Below, in pieces: positions 46,944 to 59,078 of a DNA stretch of 64,000 bases. Under the pieces are notes generated by a model. The model ran no database searches. It was not told the origin of the DNA and saw only the letters and a list, made by a program, of their open reading frames with translations. The position numbers and the translations under genes are program-made. The number at the start of each line of letters is the position of its first letter. Within the stretch, counting starts at the first letter, position 1. The stretch is taken from the IMG/VR virus record IMGVR_UViG_3300046170_000302, one strand, 5' to 3'. The stretch is from a virus (Duplodnaviria > Caudoviricetes).

Positions 46944-49900
46944 TGGCTGTAATATCAGGATCTATAGCAGCTCTTACAGCTGCATCTAAAGTCTTGGCCG
47001 GAACGATGACCAAGAAGGCAGTGATGGATGGTGCCAAGAAGTTTATAAAAGGTAAGACTAAGAATGCTGTAAAGAATAGAGTTACTGGTAAGGGTAGAAA
47101 GAAAAAGAAAGGAAAGGGTGGAGAAGGTGGAACTGAAGAACCTGGTGCAATCACAAAGGTTGGTTCATCTGATATCATACCAACATCACCTATGTTTGGT
47201 GGGTTGGCTCTTCCTGATCCTGTAGAACCAAAAGTTCAAACAGTAAAACCAGTAGGTAAGGTTTCATTCACATCCATCACTAATCAGTTGGATAGTATTG
47301 TATCTCTCACTGGATCAATTGAATCTGTTACTGGAAAAGGTATTGCGTCCAAGAAGAAGAGGGCAGCTACTGCAAGAAAGGATAGAGAGAAGGCAAAGAA
47401 GAGAGAGAAGGAGAATAAGAGAGAGGGTATTCTGGCTGGTGTTGGTGGTTTCTTATTGAACCAAGGTAAAAAAGCTGGTGAAGGGTTAGGTATCTTTAAC
47501 TTCTTTACACAGTTATTCTTAGGGTTTGTTGCACTCTCATTACTCAAGTTTGCCAGACCAATCATGTCTGGTATTGAGTTTGCAACCAAAAATCTTCACC
47601 TAACATTCTTAGGATTTAAAGGTCTGAATGAAACATTCAAACTACTTGGACCTAAGGTATCCAAGTTCTTTAAAGATGGTCTTACTAAGTTAAAGAATTT
47701 CAAACCAAATATCTGGGGTAAGATTGGGAATGGTATTAAGGCTACCTTTAAAGCTCTAGGTAAAGTTCTTCCTGGTTTTATTACTAGGGGAGTAGAGAAG
47801 ATTGCTGATATATCCAAGGCAATCGGTAATGCAGCAAAGGCAGCAGGTAGAGCTGCTACATTCAATACAAGAACACAACAACTAGGAAGAACATCAGGAG
47901 CATTAGATAGACTTACTAATAGAGGTGGTGCTGGTGCTGGTCGTAACCTTGGTATTGGTGAGGGTTTTAGAAGACTTCCTGGTGGTTCTGGAAGAATAAC
48001 CAACACTCTGAGTAAGAAAACCTTACAGATACGAGCACAACATGGCGATGAAGCTGCCAGAATGTTCCAAGGCCTGCTTGATAATGGTGTAGATCCTGCA
48101 AGAGCAACTAGAAATGTTAACAAGGCAATAAGTTCTGGCAAACTAACATCTATCCCTATGAAGGGATCCCTTGGTGGTGGTATTAAAGGAAGCCAACTCT
48201 TTAAAGGTGGTGCTAATAGATCTCTGAACAGAGGTTTGATTAAAACCTTTGGAAAGAATAAGATTACGAAGGGAATTGTGAATAGTGGTGGACTACTGGC
48301 AACCAAGTCAGGTATGTCTAGAATACCTATTGTTGGTCCTCTGATTGTTGCTATCACTACTTATTTTGAAGATGCTGATGGTGATGGTAAACCAGATAAG
48401 AACCTTGATAAAACTTTGTTTAAAACCGGTGGTACCTTTTTGGGTGGTTTCTTAGGAACCTTCCTTCCTATTCCTATTCTTGGAACCATTCTTGGTGAGT
48501 TGATTGGTGAGTATGTTGGTGAGTTGTTCTATATTCTACTTAAAGGTGGTGGAGTTAGTGAGGTTGGTAACAAGTTAAAAGAAGATATTGCGGCTGTTCT
48601 TCAAACAGGACAAAAGGTTCTTGGTTGGGCTGGTGATGGTTTCAAGAGAATGTATGAGGGTATTCCTAAGTGGACAATGCCTGATTTTGGAGCCCTTAAT
48701 AATATCGTATATGGGCCAGTCAATTTGCTCCTAAATGCGACAATGGGAAAAGGAATACAAGATGTTGAAATTCCAAATCCTTTTTGGATGTTGAACCCTC
48801 TCAATGTAATGGATAAAGCTGCTATGGTTGGTAAGGCTTTCTTCAGTAGAGATCCAATGATTCCTGGTAATATTAAGAAGGGTCAAGGAGATCTAACCAA
48901 TGCCTCTGGACAGACTGGTGTTATGTCAGAACAGGCTAAAGAGATATCTGAAGGTAAATACTATCTTCAACCGGGAGTTGGATACTTTAGAACTGGTGGA
49001 GATGGTGGTTTCGTAGGTAATACTGAAGAGGAAGCCATCAGTAATACTTCTCCTGATAGTCCACCTGCTTCAACAGATGAATCTGTTGGTGGAATTGGTG
49101 ATGCAAGGACTGAAACAAAATCAACAAACGTCGGGGATTTAATCATCGCTGGTGCAAGAAAAATTATAGGCCTAGGAAAAGGTGTTGTTGATCAATGCGC
49201 TAACACTACTCGTGCTGCGTTAAAAGCAGCAGGGAATCCTAACGCTAAAAAAGTGACACAAAAAGGTGACTTAGATACTCCAAAGGGAACTGCGTATAAT
49301 GCTCCATCCTTCGCAGCATCCTTTGGTGGAACTGACATGGGTAAGATTATTACTCAGAAATCTAAGATTAAAAAAGGAGACATGCTTCTTTGGAAAGCAG
49401 ATGTAGATAAGGGAGGAATCGTCAATAAAGGTGCAATTACTCATGTTGGGATTGCTGCTGATGATGGACTAAAACATCAGTACGATCACAATACAAGTAA
49501 AGGATTTCATTATCGTCCACATTGGGATTCTTATGGAGGAACTTCATGGTTTGCTGGTGTCAGATTGGGCGAAAGTGGTGGTATGACTCCTTCAAAAATG
49601 GGTGAGGATGATCAATCAAGTGGCAATGATCCTATTGAACCAGGAGATCCTAGAACTAGTTTATCATCTGAATCACCTAAAGTAGACACCTCAATACCTT
49701 TAAATTCATTTAAATTCTCATCCATTGATAAGAAGGCAGGAACACCTTACGCAGGTATCTCAACTGCTGCTGATTATGAAAAAGCTCTCAAGAAGTATGA
49801 GGCCAGAAAGGATACTCCTGTAAAGGCAGAAGTTACTCCTACAGAAACTATGACTGGTCAAGATGTAAAACCAGTTGATCCTCCCTGAGACGAAGAAACC

Positions 49901-50283
49901 TGAAAGGTCTGACTACACAGGTAGATCTGGTGCATGCCAGATTATGAAGAGGATATGAAAGAGTATAACTCACAACAGAAGGAAGAACCAAAGATCACTC
50001 CAACTGATACACCAGAAGGCTCCAGGTCAAACACCAGAACCATCAACACCTACGATCACACCACAGAAAGGCACCAACTCAGAATATTGGTAGTGTTGAG
50101 AAACAAGCTTCATATGAAAACCCTGGCGAAGGATCACCAACTATTGTTCCATTACCACCCCCACAACAATCATCAGGAGGTGGTGGAGGTGGCAAATCCT
50201 CTACTGGATCAACAGGTTCTGGAAACCTGTTAAATAGTTATTATGAAGCACAACTCTTAGGGTCCTTGTATAAAGTAGGTTAA
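46943..50283 (+). CDS. Large tail-associated (tape-measure/gp29-like) protein with CHAP/NlpC-like domain; indels after 49880
   Basis: Basic Gly/Ala-rich helical region; QCANTT...KGD.L....THVGI; end restored as LGSLYKVG*. Confidence 0.6.
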
Positions 50284-51570
50284 TGTCAGAAAAAGATCTA
50301 TCACAAGCAGGTAATATTGAATCATTTCAGATCAACTCCAATACTGGAGGTGGATCTGTAGATCTTTCTGCTGGTGTGGTAGAATATAATTACTATGAGA
50401 GTGTTCTTTCAAATACAATATCTGCCAGTGCAACTATTGTTGAAACAGGCAATGAAGCCGATGGTCCTGGTAGAGGATCTTTGGATGGTCTACCCATCAG
50501 AGGTGGTGAGAGAGCACAGATTAAGATAAGTGATAATCAGGGTGGAACACTAGAGGTTCCTTTGTATGTGAACAGAGGCAAGAGATGCTATCCCTGGAAC
50601 ACAACAGGACTTGTATGTTCTTGACTTCGCCTCTCAAGAATACTTTGCTAATACACAGACCAGAGTTACTAAAAGATATGAAGGTAAGATATCTGATCAC
50701 ATCAGTTCTATTCTAGGTGATGTTCTTCCTGTGTCTGGTGAGGTTGATGTAGACGAAACATCACTGGAGTATAACTTTATTGGTAATGATAGAAAACCAT
50801 TTTATGTTTGTACTTGGCTAGCATCAAAGTCTGTTCCTGCACAGGGTGTAGGTGGTGCAGCTGGTTTCTTATTCTTTCAAACCAGAGAAGGGTTTCACTT
50901 TAAATCTATTGATAATTTGTTCAGAGGATCATCAGTAAAGAAGTTTAATTACAATAACACTGGTAATAAAGTTAAAGGTAAAGATAACAACATTCTAAAC
51001 TATACTATCGAAAGTGATACTGAACTACACCAGAACCTCACACTGGGAACTTATAATAACAAATCAATTTTCTTTGACTTCTTAGCTATGAATTACAGAG
51101 AGGTTTCATATAGTATTGAGCAACAATCGAGTGATGTTGAGGTTGCTGGTAGAAAAGGTGATGACTATAGTTTTGTAGCAAAAGAATTCACAAGAACACC
51201 ATCTAGATTTATGACTCACATTCTGGACATTGGTGTGAATCCAAAAGGAACTGGAGACGCACAACTCGATAATCAGAAAGCCAATCCTGGAGAACCAAAT
51301 TTCCAAGCTGAAGATACTGCGGTTCAGAGTATAATGAGATATAATCAGTTGTTCAGTGTAAAGGCACAAATAACTATCGCTGGTGATTTTAGTATTAAAG
51401 CTGGTGATCTAGTTGAATGTAGTTTTCCTGAGTTGTCCGGTGCTGATCTAACTAATACCAATGATCAAAGTGGAGGCATATATATGGTAGCACATGTGTG
51501 TCATAGGATTACTCCACAGTCAACTTTTACCAGTCTTGGTTTGGTAAGAGACTCATATGGCGAGAGGTAA
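50283..51570 (+). CDS. Baseplate hub/tail protein (gp27-like); indels near 50575-50600
   Basis: Y.YYES, LPIRGGE, F.F.QTR.GF.FKSID, I.GD....AGD.V. Confidence 0.65.
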
Positions 51571-51578
51571 AATTTTTA

Positions 51579-54317
51579 ATGATTGACGAAACTTTATTTA
51601 AAAAACATTTCGTAGGTAGAGATGGTTTCCAATGGTGGATCGGACAGATCCCACCTGAGGAATCATGGCGAGAAAATATACCTGGAACACAACAAGATAA
51701 CAATCGGGAAACAAAAGGTTTTGGTGAGAGATACCGTGTTCGTATCATGGGATATCATACTGCCAACGCAGATGATATTCCTGATGATGAACTGCCATGG
51801 GCATATGTGATGTATCCTGTCACCGCAGGTGGTGGTGGTAGAGGTTCATCTCAGAGTGCAAACCTGACACAAGGAACATTTGTGTTCGGTTGGTTCATGG
51901 ATGGTGATGATGCACAAATTCCTATTATCATGGGTATCTTAGGATACAATGATTATAATGCGGTGATGAAGAACATTAGTCCAACTAGGTTTCTTCCTTT
52001 TGATGGATATCCAGCACAAGATCCGGTGTTTGGTTCAAAGAGATCTACACTTCAAGTAAGAGAGAATGGTGGTGATGAAATATTATCACAAGAAAATGCT
52101 ACTGGAAATCTTGTTAATGACCAGATAACAAGTAGTGTCAATGGTAATAATGTTACTAAAGTTAAGTCAGATCCAAAACCAGATCCACCAGTTTCTCTTG
52201 CTTTTCCTGAAGATTGTGAACCAATACCAGCACACAGTATTTCAGTTGAAATTAAGAATGCGTTGAATGAGGTTCAAAAGATTAACCAAATGATATATGA
52301 TGCTAGAGCAGCTTTAACAGCTGGTCTTGCGGATGCTCAAGAGTATATTCAAAAGTTAACTAAGAAATTGACTGATAAGATTTCTGGGTTCATGAAGACA
52401 ATCATTAATAGAATACAAAAAGAATTAATGCATCTAAGGAATTTTGCCGAAAGAGAATTATTTGCGATTTTTCCACCGGACGTGAAAGATTTTTTCAAAG
52501 AAACTGTAACTAAAATAATGGACGTGATGGCTTGCGCTGGTATAACTAGTGCATCACTATTGCCTAGTCAGATTTCTGGATTACTTGGTAATATGTTCGG
52601 AGTACTTTCAGGAGATAGTATTGATCTTTCAATTACAGTTCCAACTAAACTTGTAAATGTTCCTTCTTGTTTTATAGAAGATTTTGTCTCTACAGTCATA
52701 GGAAATGTTGTTGGTAACATTATTAGTGCTGTTGATGGTCTATTATCTGATGTGAGTGGTGTTGTTAGTAGTATTGGAGGGCTTCTTGATGAAGCCGGTG
52801 GTGTTGTAATGGATGTTATTGCATTGCTACAGTGTTTGAAAAGACCCAAATGTGCTACAGTTAAAGAATGGAGTATGAGTTCTGGTGCTAGCAATGGTGG
52901 TTCTTTTGATATTGATCGTATCATCAGTAGGGCTGAAAGTGTAACTAGTTCAGTCACTCAACTTGGAAGTTCATTTGATGATATTGATTTCTCTGGTATA
53001 TTTGATGGTGCTTCATGTGATGTTGGACCAAGGAGTTGTGGTCCTCCGACAATTCAGGTTGTAGGCCCTGGAAGTGGTGCAAAAATCAATCTAATTGTGT
53101 CTGGTGGTGGTGAAATCATGGGCGCAGATATCGTCAGTTCTGGTTATGGTTTTGATAGTGATAGTTCCTCTCTCAATGTATATGATGATTGTGGATTAGG
53201 ACAAGGTGGTGTTATTGAACCAATATTTGGTCCTGTTGTTTCAAACTACAATATTCTTGGTGGTGATCTTCCTGATGATATCATTGTGAGACCTGAATAT
53301 GGCACTGTACCTGTTCCTGAAGGTTTTGATAGTTCATTCTCCGCTAACTTTACTGGTGATCTCGTTGCTGGTTCAAATGTAATTAAGAATGTACAACCTA
53401 AATCTGTTCTTGAAAGTTTAGTACCAGGAATGATTATAAAATTGACTGGTAATGCAGGAAGTGTTGAACTACCTGGCACTGCTACAATTACTGCTTTTGG
53501 ATCTATTATTTTAGATAGAACATTTGCGGGAACTGGTGAAGCTCTTGGTGCTTCCCTTAATGCTAGTGGTACATCGACACAAACTGGTATTATAGGTGTA
53601 ACCGTCATCAATCCTGGTTATGGTTATCTTTCATCACCAAATGGCGCGACAGGGGGCGATGGTCAAGTATGGGCAGAAACGGATGAAACTATTATAATAG
53701 GTGATGGTAGGTTTGTTCCCTCTAATGGTGGAATTATACCTGGTGAAGATGGATTTGGTACTGATTATTATCCACCAATCCCACCAGGAAATACTGTAAA
53801 CATTCCACCAGGATCAACAGTAACCACACCATCTAATTCAAATCTGTCTGAAGGTTTTGATCCTGATGGAAACACAACTGAAATACTACCTGGCACTCCT
53901 ACTCTTTTCCCTAATGGTGGTAGTATGACTTCACCAACAATTATGGAGGGTGTTAAATTTGTTGATAAGTATCCATCAACTTCTTCTTATCCGGTCATAT
54001 TGTATCTTTGTGAGTTGATTGTTGACGAATCTGGTGTGGATTATCAACCAACAGATAAAGTTGTCATCAAACCTGATATGGGAGCCACGGCTGTACCTAA
54101 GTTTGATAGGTTTGGTAGATTACTTTCTATTAAAGTAACTGCTGGTGGTGAAGGTTTCCAAGAAATGCCTCAATGTTACATTGAATCAGATAGTGGATTT
54201 GGTTCATTCATTGTTCCCAAGTTCTGTATAGATAGAGTGGGTGAAAATGATCTCGAAAGAGAACCAGATTTACAGGACAAAGTTATTTCTGTTATCGATT
54301 GTGTAGGTAGTGTCTAA
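51579..54317 (+). CDS. gp5: Baseplate hub/spike protein gp5-like
   Basis: N-terminal OB fold: F.WWIG, RYRVRIMGYH, LPWA, G.FV.G.F.DG...Q.P.I.G. Confidence 0.8.
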   Translation: MIDETLFKKHFVGRDGFQWWIGQIPPEESWRENIPGTQQDNNRETKGFGERYRVRIMGYHTANADDIPDDELPWAYVMYPVTAGGGGRGSSQSANLTQGTFVFGWFMDGDDAQIPIIMGILGYNDYNAVMKNISPTRFLPFDGYPAQDPVFGSKRSTLQVRENGGDEILSQENATGNLVNDQITSSVNGNNVTKVKSDPKPDPPVSLAFPEDCEPIPAHSISVEIKNALNEVQKINQMIYDARAALTAGLADAQEYIQKLTKKLTDKISGFMKTIINRIQKELMHLRNFAERELFAIFPPDVKDFFKETVTKIMDVMACAGITSASLLPSQISGLLGNMFGVLSGDSIDLSITVPTKLVNVPSCFIEDFVSTVIGNVVGNIISAVDGLLSDVSGVVSSIGGLLDEAGGVVMDVIALLQCLKRPKCATVKEWSMSSGASNGGSFDIDRIISRAESVTSSVTQLGSSFDDIDFSGIFDGASCDVGPRSCGPPTIQVVGPGSGAKINLIVSGGGEIMGADIVSSGYGFDSDSSSLNVYDDCGLGQGGVIEPIFGPVVSNYNILGGDLPDDIIVRPEYGTVPVPEGFDSSFSANFTGDLVAGSNVIKNVQPKSVLESLVPGMIIKLTGNAGSVELPGTATITAFGSIILDRTFAGTGEALGASLNASGTSTQTGIIGVTVINPGYGYLSSPNGATGGDGQVWAETDETIIIGDGRFVPSNGGIIPGEDGFGTDYYPPIPPGNTVNIPPGSTVTTPSNSNLSEGFDPDGNTTEILPGTPTLFPNGGSMTSPTIMEGVKFVDKYPSTSSYPVILYLCELIVDESGVDYQPTDKVVIKPDMGATAVPKFDRFGRLLSIKVTAGGEGFQEMPQCYIESDSGFGSFIVPKFCIDRVGENDLEREPDLQDKVISVIDCVGSV

Positions 54318-54994
54318 TGTCGCAAAATGTAAACTATCATAAAATTAGATACGGAACCGCTGAGGGTGAGATCAAGTTTGGACATGTCCATACTGATAAT
54401 GTAAGATCTGCAGTGATGTTAAGGAGTGGATACACTTACGAACATTACATGACCATGGATGGTCCTGGTGGAAAGAAGTTTAGAAAACATAGTACAAATT
54501 TTAGAGGGCCAGGATCCTTTCAAGTTAAACATGGTAAAGGTGTCCCTGATAATGAGCCAGGTATCTTTTTAGATGCAGAGAGTGGTGATGTTGTAATCAG
54601 AGCATCCAATGGTCGTATTAGACTTGAGGCTCTTGATATTGACATTATTGCCACTGGTGGAAATGATGAAAAACTCCCAAGAGGAAACATTCAAATTAGT
54701 GCTACTGATAAAGTTATTACAACTGGTAATATTATTGATTGTAAAGCAGTGGTCGCGGCTAAGTTTTTCTCAAATAAAAGTGTTGAAGTTTGTGGAGAGG
54801 GTGTATTAAACATGTATGGTGGTCTCACTGAGTGGTGTGATGGTTCTACTGCTGTTGTAGGTTCTAAGACAGCTGCAAGTCAAATACCTGTTGTTGGTGC
54901 TTTTTTTGACATAATTGGAACAGGTTGGGAACAAAAAATGAAATTTGGATATGCTACTAATGGTGCTTCGCTCTTTGGATTATTTGGTAAATGA
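54317..54994 (+). CDS. gp5 C-terminal-like beta-helix protein
   Basis: G.I.L.A.NGRI.L.A.DI repeats; adjacent to gp5. Confidence 0.55.
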   Translation: MSQNVNYHKIRYGTAEGEIKFGHVHTDNVRSAVMLRSGYTYEHYMTMDGPGGKKFRKHSTNFRGPGSFQVKHGKGVPDNEPGIFLDAESGDVVIRASNGRIRLEALDIDIIATGGNDEKLPRGNIQISATDKVITTGNIIDCKAVVAAKFFSNKSVEVCGEGVLNMYGGLTEWCDGSTAVVGSKTAASQIPVVGAFFDIIGTGWEQKMKFGYATNGASLFGLFGK

Positions 54995-55317
54995 AAATTA
55001 ATCACCCCGTAGAAGAAGGAAAGAGTTTAGTCTATGGTTCACTAGATGGACCTGAGAACTCTGTATATTGCAGAGGAAGACTGAAAGGTGGTAAGAAGGT
55101 TATCAACCTACCTATTGAGTGGGTTGAACTTGTGAGACCTGGTTCAGTCACAGTTAGTATTACACCTGTTGGTGCCTTTCAAGATATCATTGTGAAGGGT
55201 GTGAGTGACAATCAAGTGAAACTAGAGGCTAGACCTGGTGTTCCTATTGATTGTCATTACTTTATTATTGGCGAAAGACAAGATGTTCCTAGATTGGAGG
55301 TAATACAAGATGCCTAA
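54991..55317 (+). CDS. Tail-associated small domain protein
   Basis: LDGPE..VY.RG.L, I.LP..W..LV...S.TV..TP. Confidence 0.6.
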   Translation: MKINHPVEEGKSLVYGSLDGPENSVYCRGRLKGGKKVINLPIEWVELVRPGSVTVSITPVGAFQDIIVKGVSDNQVKLEARPGVPIDCHYFIIGERQDVPRLEVIQDA

Positions 55318-56289
55318 TGTACCTGATTTTGGTGTAAAAAAACAATTAACAGTTGGTATATCAGTTCCTCAAGCTCTCAATTTAGTTGGGATAAAGGGCA
55401 ATATCAGAGGTAGTGCCTTCATTGAAGGACCCCTAGATGTTGGTACTCCTGTCTTTGCTCCTGGTGAGAGTAATGTGTGTATCAGTAGATGTATCAATCC
55501 TGATGCTACTCCACTACCACTCTCATTGGTCAAAATAAGAAACGCTCCACTAGTTCCAGCACTACCAACTGATGTGATCATTGGTGATCTTGCTGGTCCT
55601 GTTGGTGTGACTGTATTCTGTGGTCCTTCATTCTTTACAGTTCAAGCAACAGCAATAACTTTGTTGAAGTATTGTATTCCAATATTGCTGTTCTTCATGA
55701 TGAAGTTTCTGCAATGTATACAGATATTTCAGCTAAAGTATTTACCGGTTTTAAGAGTGAACTTGGTCTTGATATTAACTTTTCCTTTGCAAAGAAATGC
55801 AGCACCTGTTATAAGTCCTGAAACAGTCGAAACTTTTTCGGACTATGTTTCTCCCTATGGAACGACACTGTTGACTACTTGGGCAACAGCACTTAGTAAG
55901 AAGGGATTTGATATTCCACACCCAACCTAAGGAAAATCATAGACTAAGACACTATTTGTCTTGAAGGTCCAGACGCTGAGGTATTCTATCGTGGTAGAAT
56001 GGAGAATACTACAACCATTAACCTACCAGATTACTGGAGAGAGTTAGTTGATCCTGACAGTATTGGTGTCCATCTTACACCCATGGGTTCTTATCAAGAA
56101 TTGTTTGTTGAGAAGATTGAATGGGGAACTAAAGTGACTGTGAAGAATGCATCAGGTGGTCCTATCAAGTGTAGTTATGTGGTATTTGGTGTGAGAACTG
56201 ATGGTGAAAAGAATATCCCTGAGTATGAAGGCTTAACAACTAATGACTATCCAGGTGATAATAGTGAGTATAGATTGAATGATAATTGA
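55310..56289 (+). CDS. Tail-associated protein ending in a paralog of the previous domain; several indels
   Basis: KGFDIPHP..., LEGPDAEVFYRG, INLPDYW.ELV. Confidence 0.55.
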
Positions 56290-56960
56290 TGAGTAAAGTT
56301 CATGAGATATTTCCTCTGGTTGTTTATCAGGGGAATATTGATTGTCATAGCGAGTTCAAACAATATACTGATGAACTGAAACAATATTGGTTCAATGGTT
56401 ATGAGAATGAAAGTCCTGAATACTCAGGTCGCATCTTCTTACATACAGAAGAAAAGTATGAACCTTTCTTTGATGATCTGAAAAAAAATATTGATGATTA
56501 CATGACTCACTTGAATGTGGATCATGAGAAGTTGAGTTACTTTGTATCCAAATCATGGGTTGGATATCACAATAAAGAAGTGCCTGTTTTGAATGTTCAT
56601 AGTCACAATGAGGCAAATATAAGTTTTGTTTACTACCTCAAGTCATGTGACAATTCAGACAAATTCTGTGTGTCACAATCTAAAAATGTAAATGAGAATA
56701 CTGGTGGATTATTTGAGACTAGTAAACAAAGAAATACAATCAAAGGATTTAACAAATACAACTGTAACAACTATACTATTACACCACATGAAGGCAGTGT
56801 TCTCATCTTTCCAAGTGATGTTCTTCACTCTACTCTGAAGGTGTCAGACCAAGAGAATGAAAGAATTGTAATTGCTGGTGATGTAAGAGTGACTTTGAAA
56901 CCAGAGTATCAAAATTATCATCAAGGGTGCACTCATCCCACAAAGTGGTTAGAACTGTAA
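56286..56960 (+). CDS. 2OG-Fe(II) oxygenase
   Basis: KSW, HSHNE..ISFVYY, LIFPS...H, ERIVIAG. Confidence 0.8.
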   Translation: MMSKVHEIFPLVVYQGNIDCHSEFKQYTDELKQYWFNGYENESPEYSGRIFLHTEEKYEPFFDDLKKNIDDYMTHLNVDHEKLSYFVSKSWVGYHNKEVPVLNVHSHNEANISFVYYLKSCDNSDKFCVSQSKNVNENTGGLFETSKQRNTIKGFNKYNCNNYTITPHEGSVLIFPSDVLHSTLKVSDQENERIVIAGDVRVTLKPEYQNYHQGCTHPTKWLEL

Positions 56961-56981
56961 ATAAATAACTAAAAACTCATA

Positions 56982-58520
56982 ATGGCTGAATTATATACAG
57001 ATCAAATGTCCAGTGGTGTTTCTGGTATCAGTACAACTGCTAGAAATACTGTTGAGCAGGCAAAATTGAAGATTACTTTAAGTGATAATGAAAAGATTCC
57101 ATACGATGAAGCTATCAAGAATGTAGATAGGAACCTGCAAAATATTATTGTTGAAACAAACAATACTCTTGAGAAAGTAAGAGATGAATATCAGAAGAGG
57201 ATTGATGTTCAGAATTGTAGAAGTGATCTCTTCTGGAGAGTAACTGGTATCAATACTGCTGCAGTTACTAGTGGTCCTGGAGCAGGTGGTATCAGAAATG
57301 ATGTTATTTGTACCTGTACTAAACTATCTCCAACTTATCCTAAACTTGAAAATACTGGCACTGGAACTTCCGCTATTGGATTCTCTACAGGGTCAATGAT
57401 GTGGTATACAGGACCAGTTGGTGGTGGAGGTACTGGTCCAGGAATTACTACAGTTGCTATGGGTGGTGATGAAACACTAGTCAGTGCTGGTTCTGCATTT
57501 GATACTTATCTACAACCCGACAACCTCCATGGTCTTCTATTGTATAATGAGCCATATGTTAGAGATATCGGTGATTTATTCGTAGCTACTGGTATTGGAA
57601 CTATTTCTGCAGGGTTTAATACAATCACATTATTAACACCTAATCTTAATCTTGGAATTAAACCTGGCATGGTTGTAACACCAAGCAGATTTGGTATTTT
57701 TGCAGAAGCTGGTAATGTTGTTGTTGGTGTCAGCTCTACTACCATGGATCTTAGTCCTTATAGTGATGTTCTCAATATAGGATCCGCATCAACAGTTTCT
57801 GTTCCATTAATCACACTACAAGATCCGTCTGTTTCTGCTGTAACTGCACCAGGCAGTGATGGTAAGTATACATATTTTGATTTTAGTAAAGATCCAAACT
57901 TAATTAGTGACGAAGTGGCAGTTGAAATAACTGATAATGCTTATGTTCCTCAGGTGATCAGTTTAATTTCTTCTAGTAATAATTTTGGCAAAGGTGTTGA
58001 AATTGAGTATATCAATAATGGAGCAAGTTCATCTCCTCAAGAGTGGAACAAGTTTATGGAGGGTGTAACAGATCCTGATCTATTGCCTGATGAAGATGTA
58101 AAAATTACTAAACCAGTAGTTGGTGCTGATAAGATCTATTATGCAGTTGGATTTGATCAGAAACCAATTCTACTTGGTGGTGGTAATGCATCAGAAGGTG
58201 ATGTAAGAACATTTCAAGGAACAACTGGATTTGCTCAACAAGCATACGCATCTCTATCAGGTTGTAATGATAGTGATCTGAATGCCGCTATTAGTGCTAG
58301 AGATGATGCAGAAGCTGCATTATTAGGTAGTAACTCATTTCCTGAGAAAATATCATTAGTTAATTCCATCAGGTCAAAGAGAAATGACATCTATATTACA
58401 ATCTGGGCATATAGAACACATATTGGTAACTCAGAAAATGAATTCACTGCAAACAATAGTTTTATGAACGAAATTAATAGCTCCCCATATAAAAATTTGA
58501 TAAACACAGGGACCGAATAG
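56982..58520 (+). CDS. Putative virion structural protein
   Basis: 512 aa, Gly/Thr-rich, late ATAAATA upstream. Confidence 0.6.
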   Translation: MAELYTDQMSSGVSGISTTARNTVEQAKLKITLSDNEKIPYDEAIKNVDRNLQNIIVETNNTLEKVRDEYQKRIDVQNCRSDLFWRVTGINTAAVTSGPGAGGIRNDVICTCTKLSPTYPKLENTGTGTSAIGFSTGSMMWYTGPVGGGGTGPGITTVAMGGDETLVSAGSAFDTYLQPDNLHGLLLYNEPYVRDIGDLFVATGIGTISAGFNTITLLTPNLNLGIKPGMVVTPSRFGIFAEAGNVVVGVSSTTMDLSPYSDVLNIGSASTVSVPLITLQDPSVSAVTAPGSDGKYTYFDFSKDPNLISDEVAVEITDNAYVPQVISLISSSNNFGKGVEIEYINNGASSSPQEWNKFMEGVTDPDLLPDEDVKITKPVVGADKIYYAVGFDQKPILLGGGNASEGDVRTFQGTTGFAQQAYASLSGCNDSDLNAAISARDDAEAALLGSNSFPEKISLVNSIRSKRNDIYITIWAYRTHIGNSENEFTANNSFMNEINSSPYKNLINTGTE

Positions 58521-58521
58521 G

Positions 58522-58566
58522 AAACTGTCACAAGACCCTTCCACAGGGGGTCGAGTGTGTTATAAT
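58522..58566 (+). promoter_or_regulatory. Early-type promoter with extended -10
   Basis: AACTGTCAC...TG.TATAAT at 58558-58566. Confidence 0.6.
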
Positions 58567-58588
58567 ATACAGGTATCAAAAGAACTCT

Positions 58589-58840
58589 ATGACGGACTAC
58601 AACCCAGAAGATTTTGAACTCGAAAACGAAGACGATGAGTATCTAACAGATGTCATGGTGAACGTTGGTGCAAGAACCTTTGTCATGTTCTCTAATGAAG
58701 GAACAGAACGTAAGGTAGAGTGTGATACGGTTGATGAGTTTATGGAAGTCCTGGAGATGGTCAGGGCTCTTGTTGATGATGAGATTGTTAGATACATATC
58801 ACCAGTAGTATCAGAACCCACAGGGAAATTCGACTTTTAG
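58589..58840 (+). CDS. Acidic hypothetical protein
   Basis: 83 aa. Confidence 0.65.
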   Translation: MTDYNPEDFELENEDDEYLTDVMVNVGARTFVMFSNEGTERKVECDTVDEFMEVLEMVRALVDDEIVRYISPVVSEPTGKFDF

Positions 58841-58856
58841 TTTCAAAAAAGTCGAA

Positions 58857-58896
58857 TAAAAAATCCCTGGTATTTTTTGACCCCTTTACTTTTTTT
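58857..58896. repeat. Second copy of the ~40-nt dyad element at 39630-39668
   Basis: TAAAAAATCC(CT/TG)GGTATTTTTT(T)G.CCC..TTACTTTTTT. Confidence 0.65.
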
Positions 58897-58898
58897 AA

Positions 58899-59078
58899 AT
58901 GAGAAAAGCAACTAGAGAAGCCATGGAAAATCTTTTCATCGCAAGGTGGAATGTTCCTAAAGCTGCCAAACATTGTGGTTTGACAGTAAAAGAACTTAAG
59001 ATCTGTTTCCATAACTACGTCGAAACTCATGATGTGACATACATAGAGGAAACTAATACCCAGTTACATCTTTTCTAA
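58899..59078 (+). CDS. 59-aa putative helix-turn-helix protein
   Basis: WNVPKAAKHCGLTVKEL resembles a Fis-type HTH; below the track cutoff. Confidence 0.5.
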   Translation: MRKATREAMENLFIARWNVPKAAKHCGLTVKELKICFHNYVETHDVTYIEETNTQLHLF

